Below, one piece after another: positions 9,901 through 19,970 of a stretch of 64,000 nt of DNA. The notes below the pieces were generated by a model. It saw nothing but the letters and a program-made list of their open reading frames with translations, was not told the DNA's origin and did not search any database. Position 1 is the stretch's first letter; the number at the start of each line of letters is the position of its first letter. The position numbers and the translations under genes were made by a program. This stretch comes from Chrysemys picta bellii (taxonomy: Eukaryota), in assembly GCF_011386835.1 (NCBI RefSeq), contig NC_088812.1:2108001-2172000 (forward strand), read 5' to 3'.

Positions 9901-12900
9901 GCCAGGGCTGTCCTCAAGTTCAATCCGAAAGCATCTTGCACCCATCCCGGCCTTCCACCACAAGGTCGCCGGCCATCAGTGTTCACCCACCCTGGAACAA
10001 GACGGTTTCTCAGAGGAATTTGAAATCTCTACCTTGAAGTATGAGATCCCACTGCACCTTGGGTCCTTAACCTAGTCATGCGATGCCTGACTGCACACTC
10101 CTTGGAGCCCATGATGACCTACCTGCTCGTTCATAGGCTGTCTTCATTGACAGATGTTTCTTGTTACCCCCTCCCAATATAATCTTCTTCAAAGATAGTT
10201 TCGTTCAGACCTTATCCAAAGTTACTTCCTAAAATACCTTCCTCACTGTCCCTGAATCAGCCTGTTTGCCAACCATTGTTGTCCCTGAGCCACATAGAAC
10301 TACCCGTTCCACACGCTAGACGGCCACTTGCCTCTGAAACTCGAAAGGACTAACCCTTTCAGAAAGTCACCACGATTACTCCTTTCTATTGAAAGATCAG
10401 AGCTCAGCCGTATCTAAACAAAGACTTTCAAAGCAGGTTTCCGACTGCATTCACCTTTGCTATCGTCACTGCGGTTTGCCCCCGAAGGCACTCCACACGA
10501 TCTATTTCCACGTCTCTAGCTTTCCCGACCTATGCACCAATCACGGACATTGGTAAAGCAGTGACTTGGGCGTCGGCACAAACGTTCCCAGAGCACGACA
10601 CCATAGTGCAAGTCTCGACAACAGGTGCTCACTAGGACTGTCCGTGTGATCGTCGCTAACAAATCCAACTCCGCAGCCCTAGCCTTCCAGCGGGGGGCAC
10701 CGTTCTCCTGTCACCTAAAGTGGAGCACCCCCAGGGACACCACTCGCCCTGGGCGGTAACTGAGGTTCTTCGAGACGGGGTGTCCCTGTGGGTGCTCCAC
10801 TGCTTGCCCTCCTCCCTCTGCTTCGGAGTTCAGCTCTGGGCTCTGCGGTAGAGAAGGGACCGAGGGCGGTTGAGACGGGGGAGCACGTGCGTGGCCCAAA
10901 CGGGTGCTGCTATGGAAAATCTCCGATCCTAGGCGCAGGGACGCGGCACCTGTAGGGACACGCATCTCGGAGAACCCCGGTTACTGCACAGGGTGAGTAA
11001 CCTTTTCTCCCCAGGCGGCCGGCCAAGAGCTAACTTCCCTTTTGGCTTGTGTGCGCCGAGCCGGGGGTGTTCTCAGCCCGGCTCCTGGGGGGATGGGGCT
11101 CCCCGGCTTGCTGACCACTCCCCAGCAGAGAGCCCACGGCCCCAATTGCCCTCTCGCCCCAGAAGGCTCCTGTGCTTTGCTCCGTGGGGACGCGGAGAGG
11201 CCGTCCGTGTGGCAGCTGGGCTGGTGGTTTGGCTCCGGCAGGGGGTGACGGACGGGGGTTAGCTTCCGGACTGGGTATCTGGGGGTGGGGATCCCTTCCC
11301 AGGATGCGGAGTGGTGCACTGTCCCCTCCAGCACTGCTGGACAGGCTGCCTTTTGGCTAAGACCCACCACTACCGCCTTGATCCCGGCTCTTTCCGGGAT
11401 CAGGGGGCAGTGACCCCACTGCCTTGGCCACACCCCTGTGGAGCCGGTTCCACTCTGACTCCCTAGCCCGCCCCTCGGTTTTCACCCGGAGCTGGGCGTC
11501 CTCTCCCCTTGCCTCTGTGCCGTCACGGAGATGACACGTCAAGTGTGGAGGACGCTGAGGAAGGAGGGGTGCCCGGGTGGGGGGGTGCCCGGTTGTGCCT
11601 CTGCACAGCCCCCATGCCCTGGCTTGGCTCAATGCGGGGTACACTCGGGTGCATCTCAGGACGATGCCCAATGCCGGCTTCTCTTCTCACCCGATACCTA
11701 GAAGAGGAAAACTCCTCCCAAGAAGGAGCGGAAGGGGTCGGCCAGCAGCTCCCGGGGGAACAGCCGCCCAGGGACGCCCACTGTGGACGCAGGCAGCACG
11801 TCCTCCACGCTGCGAGCTGCAGCCAGCAAGTTGGAGCAAGGTAAGGGCTTGGCGGGAGGGTGGGGGTGGCAGCATCGGGCACTGCTAGGGCATCAACTTG
11901 GAACAGTCACAAACACCAGCAGGGGGCAGCGTTCCTCTGCAGGCAGGGAAGGAGGGGTCCCACGTGCAGGGGCCTGGGGAGACCCCCGTGCGGCCTGGTT
12001 CCTGACCTTGCCAGCCGGAGGAGCAGGGCGTCTGTCGGTGGGACTTGGGACTGGGGTCTGGCCGGGGCACTGAGCTGCTCCGTCTTGGCGCAGGGAAGCG
12101 GCAGTCGGGATCTGGTGACCTCCCGGCGGCCAAGAGGCTGAAATTGGACGCGGGACCTCAGACAACCTCGGGCAAGTCCACTCCCCAGCCACAGTCGGGC
12201 AAGTCCACCCCCAGCAGCGGGTGAGTGACCGGGGGCGGGGCTTCTCAGCCTGTGGGATCGTGGCCCATTGGCCAATCCCATGGGCTGGGTGGGGCTTCTT
12301 AGCCTGTGGGATTTAGGGCAATCCATGGAGTGGGTGGGGCTTCTCAGCCTGTGGGATCGTGGCCCATTGGCCAATCCCATGGGCTGGGTGGGGCTTCTCA
12401 GCCTGTGGCATCAGGGCCCATTGCCAATCCCATGGGCTGGGTGGGGCTTTTTAGCCTGTGGGATTGAGGGCAATCCATGGAGTGGGTGGGGCTTCTCAGC
12501 CTGTGGGATTGGGGCCCATTGGCCAATCGCTTGGGGGTGGGTGGGGCTTCTCAACCTGTGGGATCGAGGCCAATCCCATGGGGGTGGGCGGGGCTGCTGC
12601 CAAGTGCTGGGGTAGGCTGGTGCCACCAGCCAGGGGCGGTCCCAGGGGCAGGAGTGGCGGATGGAAGAGCCTTTGGGGCAGGAGGGGAGCCAGCTCCTGG
12701 CCTCTGACTGGTTCGTATGGGGACAGAGCCAGCCCCAGCTCTGCCCGTGGACCTCCCCTTCGGCACCCGTGGACCTCCCCTTCGGCACCCGTGGACCTCC
12801 CCTTCGGCACCCGTGGACCTCCCCTTCGGCACCCGTGAGCCCAGAGCCTCCCGGGCTACGGCCCAGCCCTCGGCACCCCCTGCTCAGGCCCCGTTCTGCC

Positions 12901-13112
12901 CCCACAGTGACGTGCAGCTGACGGAAGAGGCCGTGCGCCGCTACCTGACCCGCAAGCCCATGACCACCAAGGACCTGCTGAAGAAGTTCCAGACCAAGAA
13001 GACAGGACTGAGCAGCGAGCAGACGGTGAACGTGCTAGCCCAGATCCTCAAGCGCCTCAACCCCGAGCGCAAGATGATCAACGACAAGATGCACTTCTTC
13101 CTGAAGGAGTGA
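933..13112 (+). CDS. GTF2F1: General transcription factor IIF subunit 1 (RAP74), coding exons 2-13; exon 1 with the ATG lies upstream of the window
   Basis: Exons with AG/GT boundaries and consistent phases: 933-979, 1678-1750, 2336-2529, 2911-3081, 3768-3946, 4389-4533, 4760-4824, 5352-5471, 6134-6207, 11702-11840, 12094-12220, 12908-13112 (TGA). The translation matches RAP74 (VTEYVVRVPKN..KKYNIMAFNAADKVNF, ERDLSNKKIYQEEEMPESGAGSEFNRKLREEARRKKYG, C-terminal winged helix TEEAVRRYLTRKPMTTKDLLKKFQTKKTGLSSEQTVNVLAQILKRLNPERK). Confidence 0.98.
6626..8761 (+). CDS. DIRS ORF1 (gag-like): N-terminal Cys/His zinc-binding motif, Pro/Arg/Ser-rich middle, LAP2alpha-like C-terminal domain; candidate alternative exon of GTF2F1
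   Basis: Uninterrupted stop-to-stop frame of 711 codons (ORF track 6647-8761, GTG start). Contains CLSC..H..CLRC....H....CTHC and the DIRS gag/LAP2alpha-type segment (WQTPATIPPTCKRAEKKY, LDLLGRK, RIANY, RRVSWLRLSGLP..VEDFPFEGSNLF). Confidence 0.85.
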   Translation, partial: VDSNQGVVPGFKRCLSCQEAIPVSDGHPRCLRCMGEAHVPQKCTHCFNLKARSQKACDLKLKPQMKESLLRPASDPGPGTPPGQRSPSAPAAPHSLQATKRKSTDSSRKDAKKRAPRSPTQEPRKRKRSPGRSVALAPTGVILSTYDAPGTSGMVDAGKSKDPKRARLDKTAPSGDRGQEKPKASKTEPTSHTAPGTWAPPAGHSAERRATLALARPSAPAPTQLTPTVPKTPPEFRFPKDGFVSETPESPPLRTKMAAVHTKPTRSPSPSRTGPPFSSGDEEENDADSVPSRNCPSRRGTAQLDSSARRRYQEPRGDPTPWYGHPWVPPFMPVPPQWPCWDPWAAYRQQFSRPPDTQREKPRHSPSSSVSRPPEPDGESVKEKEERLKQETTPAPNIPSSSAAKAVVPPPPLSADDDFRQRQELFRRIADSLHIPLEEPRESQCLFLDILPTSTKIGLPIVKTILDAAKAVWQTPATIPPTCKRAEKKYFVPSKDMEFLSSLPTPNSMVVLAVNERERLRLNNPYDKDWKKLDLLGRKAHSSAALQFRIANYEAFVSRYNHTNYSKLNEFIQYIPEDKRKQFQAVVTEGQLLARTALQASLDAADAAARSIATAAVMRRVSWLRLSGLPKYIQATVEDFPFEGSNLFANKTDDYFRSIRDARETLRALRVSTPVPRRQQNRYHATSRSRTSAFPPPQRDYDPEMTETSQM
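8870..10050 (+). pseudogene. DIRS reverse transcriptase/RNase H/methyltransferase region, frameshifted
   Basis: RT motifs are scattered over different frames (DNWVLEMVNNGYSMQF; GAVEPV; GFYSN; LDFRTFNKF; LDLQDA). The expected FPYLDDCLLRAP reads FP+NCLLRAP across a frameshift at ~9425-9432, so the YxDD is lost. Confidence 0.8.
10060..10650 (+). pseudogene. DIRS tyrosine recombinase remnant
   Basis: LNLVM..LT...EPM, PK.LPK, HSTRS and TWASAQTFPEHD motifs in broken frames. The expected catalytic H-Y is H-D (GAC at 10597-10599). Confidence 0.75.
12230..12585. repeat. GC-rich minisatellite (~41-54 bp units) in GTF2F1 intron 12
   Basis: Repeated GGGCTGGGTGGGGCTTCTCAGCCTGTGGGATCGTGGCCCATTGGCCAATCCCAT. 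Confidence 0.9.
12745..12836. repeat. 22-bp tandem repeat x4 just upstream of the last GTF2F1 exon
   Basis: CCCGTGGACCTCCCCTTCGGCA repeated four times. Confidence 0.92.
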
Positions 13113-13516
13113 GAGGTGGGGCCTGGGTAGGCCACGCCCCATCCCCTCCCCCACTCAGGCCCAAAGGGCAAAGGTCATCCTCCTTCCTGGGTTCAAAACC
13201 TTCCTGCTGTAAGGGCCTGGGACCCCATGTCCACTGTGGGGAGACCTGGCCCATGGGGTCCTGCTCCCCAAGGGACCTCAACCCATATCCCTCCTCAGCC
13301 CCGATGTGGCTGCTTCGTGGTATGTCCCTGTTTACCCCCCCTCCCCTGCCTGCCTTATCTCCTGAGAAATCTCACTCAGGGGCCGTCCCTGGGGCCCCTG
13401 CCTCCCTCGGGTGCTCCCTGAGCCCTGCCCCCCCAGGGAGCCTGAGCGGTGCCCTCGAGAGGGTTGATTCTGTCTCTCCCAAGGTGGGACCAGCGGCCGT
13501 CCTGCCCTCTTGTTAC

Positions 13517-13522
13517 AATAAA
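13517..13522 (+). terminator. Likely GTF2F1 polyadenylation signal AATAAA
   Basis: AATAAA ~405 nt after the stop codon, followed by GT-rich sequence (GGGTGTCTCTTCGTGG). Confidence 0.75.
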
Positions 13523-14899
13523 CGGGTGTCTCTTCGTGGCTCTGACCTGCGTCAGGGATGGTTCGTTATTCGCCGAGGGCACGCGCTGCATGGGGCAGGG
13601 TCCTGCTCTGAGAGGGGCTTACGCTCTCTGCCTGCCCCACAGCGGGGGCGATTCCCTAGCGCTTGGAGTCCGGCCGGGGCAGGGCCTCTGCTGCTCAGTC
13701 AGCCCTGGGGAGGAGCGGCTGGGTGCAGCCCGGTGTCCGTCTCCGCCGCTGCCCCCGGAAGTGGCTGCTCTGCGGGATGCCTGAGATGCCGGGATTAATT
13801 CCCCAGCCATGTTGTGCGGTTCGGGCGAGCATTCCAGCGGCTCGCCGTCCCCCACTGGGGCGACGCGTGGGCACCGGCCTGGCCCAGCACCGCCACCTTT
13901 TATGGTGAAGCCGAGCGTGGAATCCAGGCCCGGGGTGACTTCATCCAACCGGGGCTGAGCCCTCGCCATGGAGGGCCAGGCCCTGTGCATGCATCGCCCG
14001 TGGGCCGGGGAGCCTCCTCGGCCAGCGCTGACGTCCGGGCTGACCCTAATCCTTGACCTGTGGTGCTGCCACCCCAGAGGCAGCCATATTTCTGAAACCC
14101 GCAGCCCAGCCCCCAGCATGCCCGGCTTCTGAAAGGAGCTGGCGCGCTCAGCCAGCCAGGGGGAACCGCCTGCCGGAGCAGTTCCTGGCCACCCCGGGAA
14201 GCCAGCTGAGATCCAGCCAACTTGTTTCACCAGTGAGCACAACTTCTACTCGCTGCTGAGCCCCGCAGGACTCGAGTCGGTGACATCTGGGCAAAACAGC
14301 CCAGGCCAGCTGCTCCTCCACCTGGACTGACCTCGGCCTGAGGGGGGGACATCTTAATGCTCCCCCTAGGTGCAGAGTGCAGGCCGCAGCCTGCCGGAGC
14401 TGGTTTTCCAGTGGATTAAGAGCTGAGCCGACGTGGAAAAGTCTCGGAGCCACCGGCCTTGATTTATCATCCCGGGAAAGAACAATCCCCAGCCCTGCCC
14501 GGGCTGCTGTTTATTATTTTTCCTCTGCTCCTCCGGAAACCCTGCAGGCCTTGCCCCTGGTGGGAGGCTGTGGACGCTCTGTTCGGGCCAGCGGAGGCGC
14601 TGGGTGATTGATCGGCTCCTTCACCCCGTCTCTGCTTGGCGAGCTCTCCCAGCCCGAGTCCCCGGCATGGGGCACCCTAGGGTCACGTCACGGGCCACTG
14701 GGGGCCCTAATTGCTGGGTTGGGATTTGGCACGTAGAGGCACCTGCCCTGGTGGATGAAGGTGGCTTGGTGGGTTCTGGCTGCCAGAGGGGGCCAAAAGC
14801 CCCTTGAATCAGGGCCCATTAAGGGACTGCAGCCCTGGCCCTAAAGCCAGGGGTTGCTGGTAGAACCGCCCCCCGATGGTATCATGCCTGAGCTGGGAA

Positions 14900-15043
14900 A
14901 GGAGGGTGGTGAAGCACTGGAGTGGGTTCCCTGGGGAGCGGGGGGAATCTCCTTCCTTAGAGGTTTTTACCGTCAGGCTTGCCAAAGCCCTGCCTGGGCT
15001 GATTTTGTTGGGGTTGGTCCCTTCTACCTCTAATGTTCTATGA
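14900..15043 (+). mobile_element. CR1 LINE 3' end fragment
   Basis: GTGAAGCACTGGAGTGGGTT..GGAATCTCCTTCCTTAGAGGTTTTTA..GGTCCCTTC..TGTTCTATGA, the typical CR1 3' terminus (from recall). Confidence 0.7.
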
Positions 15044-18000
15044 ACAGTCCCCTTCCCTGCCCCCTAGAGCCAGCCACTCTCCCTGCCTAGGGGCAGGCTG
15101 GAGCCGCTGCCCCCTTTCTTCTGCCCCTGCCCCCGGCTGGATCAGAACCAGCGCCGGTTCCTGGACTCCCCCTCTAGTTTAGTTCCCCCTCCACCCGCTT
15201 GCTGTGGGCGAAAAGAGAGTCTGTGCCACCAGGGGCGAGCAGCTGTCAGCTGGGCCGTGCCAGCCTCAAAGCAGAGGCAGGGAACGGAGTCTGGGCTGTG
15301 GGCACAGCCGTCCCACTCCGCCCCGGGGGCTGGCAGTTAACCCAACCCTGCCTGGTTCCTGGCCTGGCCCGGACCCCGAGCCCGTGGGGCAGGAAGCACG
15401 GCTCTGAAAGCTCAGGGGGTGGGTGCCTTGCCAGGAAGGCAGAGGAGCAAAGAGTCAAGGTGACTGCCCAGCTGGTGCTGCGGGAAGGGAGCGACCAGCC
15501 AGCCCCCGTGGGGTTGGGCCTACGGGGAAGCCAGCTGCCTCCTTGATCCCAGCAATGGCAGAACGGGGGTGGGGGGCAGTGAATCCTGCCCCAGTTACCA
15601 TGGAACGGGGCCCTCCACCACACTGACTGTGACAGGGCCTGGACCGGTGGTTGGGGGGTGGGGACTCCTGGGTTCTAGCACCAGCTCTGGGAGGGGTGCG
15701 AAGCTGCGTGGTTAGAGGGGGTGGGGGGGCTGGAAGTTAGGGTCCCAGTCCTGGCTCTGCCATGATGCTGCTGTGCAGCCAAGTCCCTTTCACCTGTGGT
15801 GCCTCAGTTTCCCCACTCTGTCCAATGGTGCTCCGGGCCAGGAGATTGCCCCAGCCCGGACCCCTGTGCACCCCTCCAGCTGAGCATTGCGGAGTGACAT
15901 TAAACACGCTCATGTGGCCCACGCCCTCCCTGCCACAGCCAGTTCCTGCGCCTCCACGTAAAGGAAAACCCAGCTGTGATTTATCCCCATGAGTCCGGCT
16001 GCCCTTGGCGCAGCCCCCGGCATTCCTCGCATTGCTCTCGCCTTTCCCCACATGCTGCTCTCGTTAGCCCTGCCGGCTGGGGGGGCACTGCGCCAGCAGG
16101 CGTCTGGCCCGTCAGATCTCCCTGCTAAAAATAACCCGCTGGGACGGGCCAGGCTAGAACACCTGAGCCAGCGGCCAGCTGGGCTGCCTCGGCGCCCGGA
16201 GCCCAGCGGTGGGCAGAGGTGGCTGAGGTGTCTGGCTGCCGGCTCTGCAGCTAGTTTCCAGCTCCCCCCCCCCCCCCCCATGTTGGCAGCCCAGATAGTT
16301 AGGTGCCTAGCTCCCAGAATCAGGTGCCTAAATACCTTTGCGGTTCTGGCCCCACATGGCCACCGAGTGCCCGTGTGTGGGGTGTTACTGAATAGCTCGG
16401 GCTGGCGCTGGCCCTGCTCTGTGTCCCAGCAGCCCCCTTGCCAACAGGGTATTTACTTCTTGGTGCAAGCATCCATTACAGCCCCTACTCCACAGGCGTT
16501 GCCTGGCCCCATTGCAATGGGCTCTGAGGGCCAGACTAATGGGCGTGAAATACCTTTGGCTCCAAGGTGTCAGAGATGGGGTGGGAAGAGCTGAATTCTC
16601 CTTGTGGTTCTGTCCAAGGTGAGGCCTGCGGACGTGCCTGTATCTAGTAGCAGTGAGTTCCACCGGCTTTCGGGCCAGCCACCGGGAAAGTTCAGTCTCC
16701 CAGGAGTCAGCCCAGAGGGGAAGTCTAGTCAAAGTACAGCCCCCTCATTACGTAACAGAGCCTCACCCACCAGAGCTTCCCTCTTCCCCGCCTGTGTCTA
16801 GTTTTTCAGGGGTTCAAAATGCTTTATTGTTACTGGCATCCCTAGACGCTGGGGGCTGGTGGGTGACAGCATCACCATTGGACAGAGGGGCACCTTTTCC
16901 TATGCAGCCGTGGGGAAGCCGGGCTCTGAAAACCAGAGCCCTGCGAAAGATTGAGGAGGAGGGAGGTCACAGACTAGGAAACACTAGACCCCACTTCCCC
17001 TTGGTGCTGGGAAGAGAACTCAGGCGTCCTGACTCCCACTCCTCCAAGCACTCCCTCCTAGAGCCAGGAATAGAACCCAGGTGTCCAGACACCTCTGGGG
17101 TGTTGCCTGGCGGGGCCTGGCTTTGCCGCCCTGCTCGCCATTGGCACGGCCGGCGGAGGAAGGAGTGGAAGGAATGCGCTCGCCCGGCCCCAGTCCCAGA
17201 CGGCGCCGAGTGCTCTCCTGTCAGCGCCGGCACTGATTTATCCCCGGGGCCCGTGACGCTGCGTGCAATCCCCCTGCCTCGGCCCGGCCCAGGGAGATGT
17301 TCCATACGCGGCAGGACTAAGCCGGGAACCAGACGGCTGCTCGTCCCCTCCGCCCCCAGATTCTTCTTCCTCCTTTGCTGACCTTTCCCTCGGCATTCCC
17401 GGAACGCCGGCACAAGTGGAAGCAGCTGAGTGCCATCCCCGGGGCTCCTACCTGCCCCACAGCCGTGGCATGATGGGAGAGTCCCCATGGCCCTGACCTA
17501 CCCATGAGCCACCAGCCCACACTGGGCTCTGCGGTGGATCTTGAGCGAGGCAGCGTCCACCCAGGGCTGGACTTGGAGGGGAGACTGTCCAGCTGCCACC
17601 CAAGGCGCGCGGAGATGACCGAGGCCCTGCGGCTGCTAGTTAAGGGGGACTTGTGCTAGAAACCTCTAGTCTCAGTCAGCGCTGGCTGCAGGGAGTGGAG
17701 TCCGGAGCACTCTCCTGGGAGTCGGCCCAGACGCCGCTGCTCGGGGGTGCAGGGAGAGGCTTGCCTGGTTCAGGACGGTGCTAGGAAGCCCTCGGGGGGA
17801 AGCGGAGGCCTGCTGAGCAGGTGGGCTCATTAAAGACTCCAGACCCTTCGTGCAGAGTTGGTGTCTGGCCAAAATCCCCGCTCCTCATTCCACTCCAGCC
17901 CCGTAATCGCCGTCTGCAGTTGCCCGCTGGCCAGCAGCATCGCTGTGTGGCTGTGAACCAGCTGCCGTGCTCCACCCCAGAGCTGGGCGAGTGACCCAGG

Positions 18001-18074
18001 CAGACCTTTGGGTTTAATGACACCTCCCTTGTATGACTACATGGGTCAAACAAGAATCCTAGAAACAGAGGGGC

Positions 18075-18260
18075 TGGCTGGGACCTCGAGAAGTCCAGCC
18101 CCACGGCGCTGAGGTAGGACCGTGTAAACCTAGACCATCCCTGACAGGTGTCCGTCCAACCGGTTCTTGAAATCCTCCAGTGACGGGGATCCTGCAGCCC
18201 CAGAGCTTCCCTGCCCTGCGAGTTAGAAAGGTTTCCCTAATATGTCACAAATCTCCCTTG
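18075..18260 (-). mobile_element. CR1 LINE 3' fragment
   Basis: Reverse-strand CR1-like tail (AGTCCAGCCCC..CCATCCCTGACAGGTG..CCAACCGGTTCTTGAAATCCTCCAGTGACGGGGAT). Confidence 0.6.
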
Positions 18261-19911
18261 AGAGGAGCAGGAACGTTCCAACTCCGGAGATATTTAAGCT
18301 CTGGAATAGGCGTCCAAGCAGCTGGTCTAAGGGCTGTGGGAACCCCAAGTGGGACAAGGGGTACTGGGGTGCAGGGCCAAGCCTGGGGCAGAGGGTGGCA
18401 AAGGAAATCGGGCTGAGGCCGGAAGCATTAGAGGCTGTGGCATGGGGGAGCCCAGTTGCTGAGTCCCATGCAGGCCACAGCGTAGGCACTGGGGATGGGG
18501 CAGGCGACATAAGGGGGATTTTCTCTGTGCTGGGGGTGGAGACAGAGGCAGAGGGGAAAGCCCTCGAGCCCCTGCCCCCCAAGGCTGGGCTGGCGCCAGA
18601 GTTTATGGAAGCTGCATCTAAGTGGACCAGGGCACAGGCTCCTCCCAAAGCACACAGCTCTGGGGAGGTGACCTGCTCGCCACTGGGTCTAGCGGGGGCC
18701 GAGCTGTTGGTTCCGGGGAGCAGCCGGCACAGTGCTAGGTAGGCCCCAAGCCGCCCGGGACAGCCGCCTTCTAGCTTCCCATCCAAAGCCACATTGTGGC
18801 CTGGCCTGAAAAATAGGCCCCTTCTGATCTCCGGCTACTTGTCACCCTGAGGGCTGCCTGGATGTGGAGAGCTCAATCGGGCGCCCCCACCTCCTAGGGC
18901 CAAAGGGGTTTGGGTGCCTAGCAGGGGCTTCCGCCCATCTCGTCCTCTCCTCTTTATCTAGCACAGGGAGCCGAGGGCCTGATCCTGCCAGCACCCCACT
19001 GGGGGAGCCGCAGTGACTTTTAGGAGAGCGCTGCAGAGGCCTTCCAGGGTCTGCCCTGGAATCAGGGAGAGCCGGCAAAGTGCTCATGGGAGGAATTCTG
19101 GCCAGGGAAGCGTGATGCCCCGCACTGCCTCCTCTGGGCCCACAACTGGAGGGTGGTCCGTGGCGACTGCCCCGAGCTGCATCGTGGGAAAGGGGCTGAG
19201 TCTCGCTGCCTCGCAGAGCCAGGAGAGGGGAACCTGCCTGACCCGCAGCGTGGAACCAAGTCAAGCCCAGTAAATCCCGGCTCCATCCCATCCACCAGGG
19301 CCAGGAGTCCCCCCTTTCCGGCAGTCTCGCCAGCCAGACACAGGCCTGGGCAGCCCGGCTGGCCAGGCGCACTCACGCTTTACTAGCAGTCTGTTACCAG
19401 CCGCCTCAACGTCTTACCCTAGCCCACCCCTGCCGCGACCCTATAATTTATGTACAATCCCCCTTCCATCCCCCCCCCCCGAGGTATTTGCACAGCAGAG
19501 CTGGGTGTAATCAAATCCAGGAATTTCCATTCAAGTATCCTGGGCTTTTTTTTTTTTTTTTTCCCCCAAGATTTTCGGTTAACCCTTTCAGACGAGGATT
19601 TAACCCCATCCCGGCTCCCCAAACCCCACCGATCCAACGTCGCTGTCAGCCGAACCACCTGGGGCCGGGGTGACTTGAGCGGGTGCAGTTCCTCGCCTAG
19701 CCAGCTCGGCCCACGAGCATTCTACTGTCCGGAGGCAAAGACTCCAGAGAGAGACCGGATCGAATGCAGGGATCAAGACACCAACGCCAGAGACTCTGCT
19801 GGGAATGAGTCTCCTTCCACCCGCCCTGTATTTGGCCCAGCATGGAATGTTTCAAGGGTTGCGAAGGGTTAACGCCTGCCCTGCCAACCCCCCGGGACAT
19901 CCCAAGGAGGA

Positions 19912-19917
19912 TATAAA
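19912..19917 (+). promoter_or_regulatory. TATA box of PSPN
   Basis: GATATAAAGG 59 nt upstream of the PSPN ATG. Confidence 0.65.
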
Positions 19918-19970
19918 GGAGAGATGAGCCACCTTCCTTTCAGAAGCCAACCCGGCTTAACTGGGGAAGG

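Larger units (their letters stand above)
6310..11010 (+). mobile_element. DIRS1-type tyrosine-recombinase retrotransposon in GTF2F1 intron 10, sense orientation, non-autonomous/decayed
   Basis: Imperfect inverted terminal repeats (~6310-6472 vs ~10860-10975) and an internal complementary region (~10715-10801). Gag-like ORF1, then remnants of RT (RPSLDFRTFNKFV..RFRMVTL, ALDLQDA) and tyrosine recombinase (HSTRS at 10489-10503; DIGKAVTWASAQTFPEHD). Ends in ..GTTACTGCACAGGGTGAGTAACCTTTTCT. Confidence 0.92.

Noticed and set aside
12745-12836. Short regular repeats as a CRISPR-like array
   Set aside because: Vertebrate intron with head-to-tail repeats and no unique spacers.
18242-18742. 166-aa + strand ORF between GTF2F1 and PSPN
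   Set aside because: It starts inside a CR1 remnant and has no recognisable family similarity or exon context.
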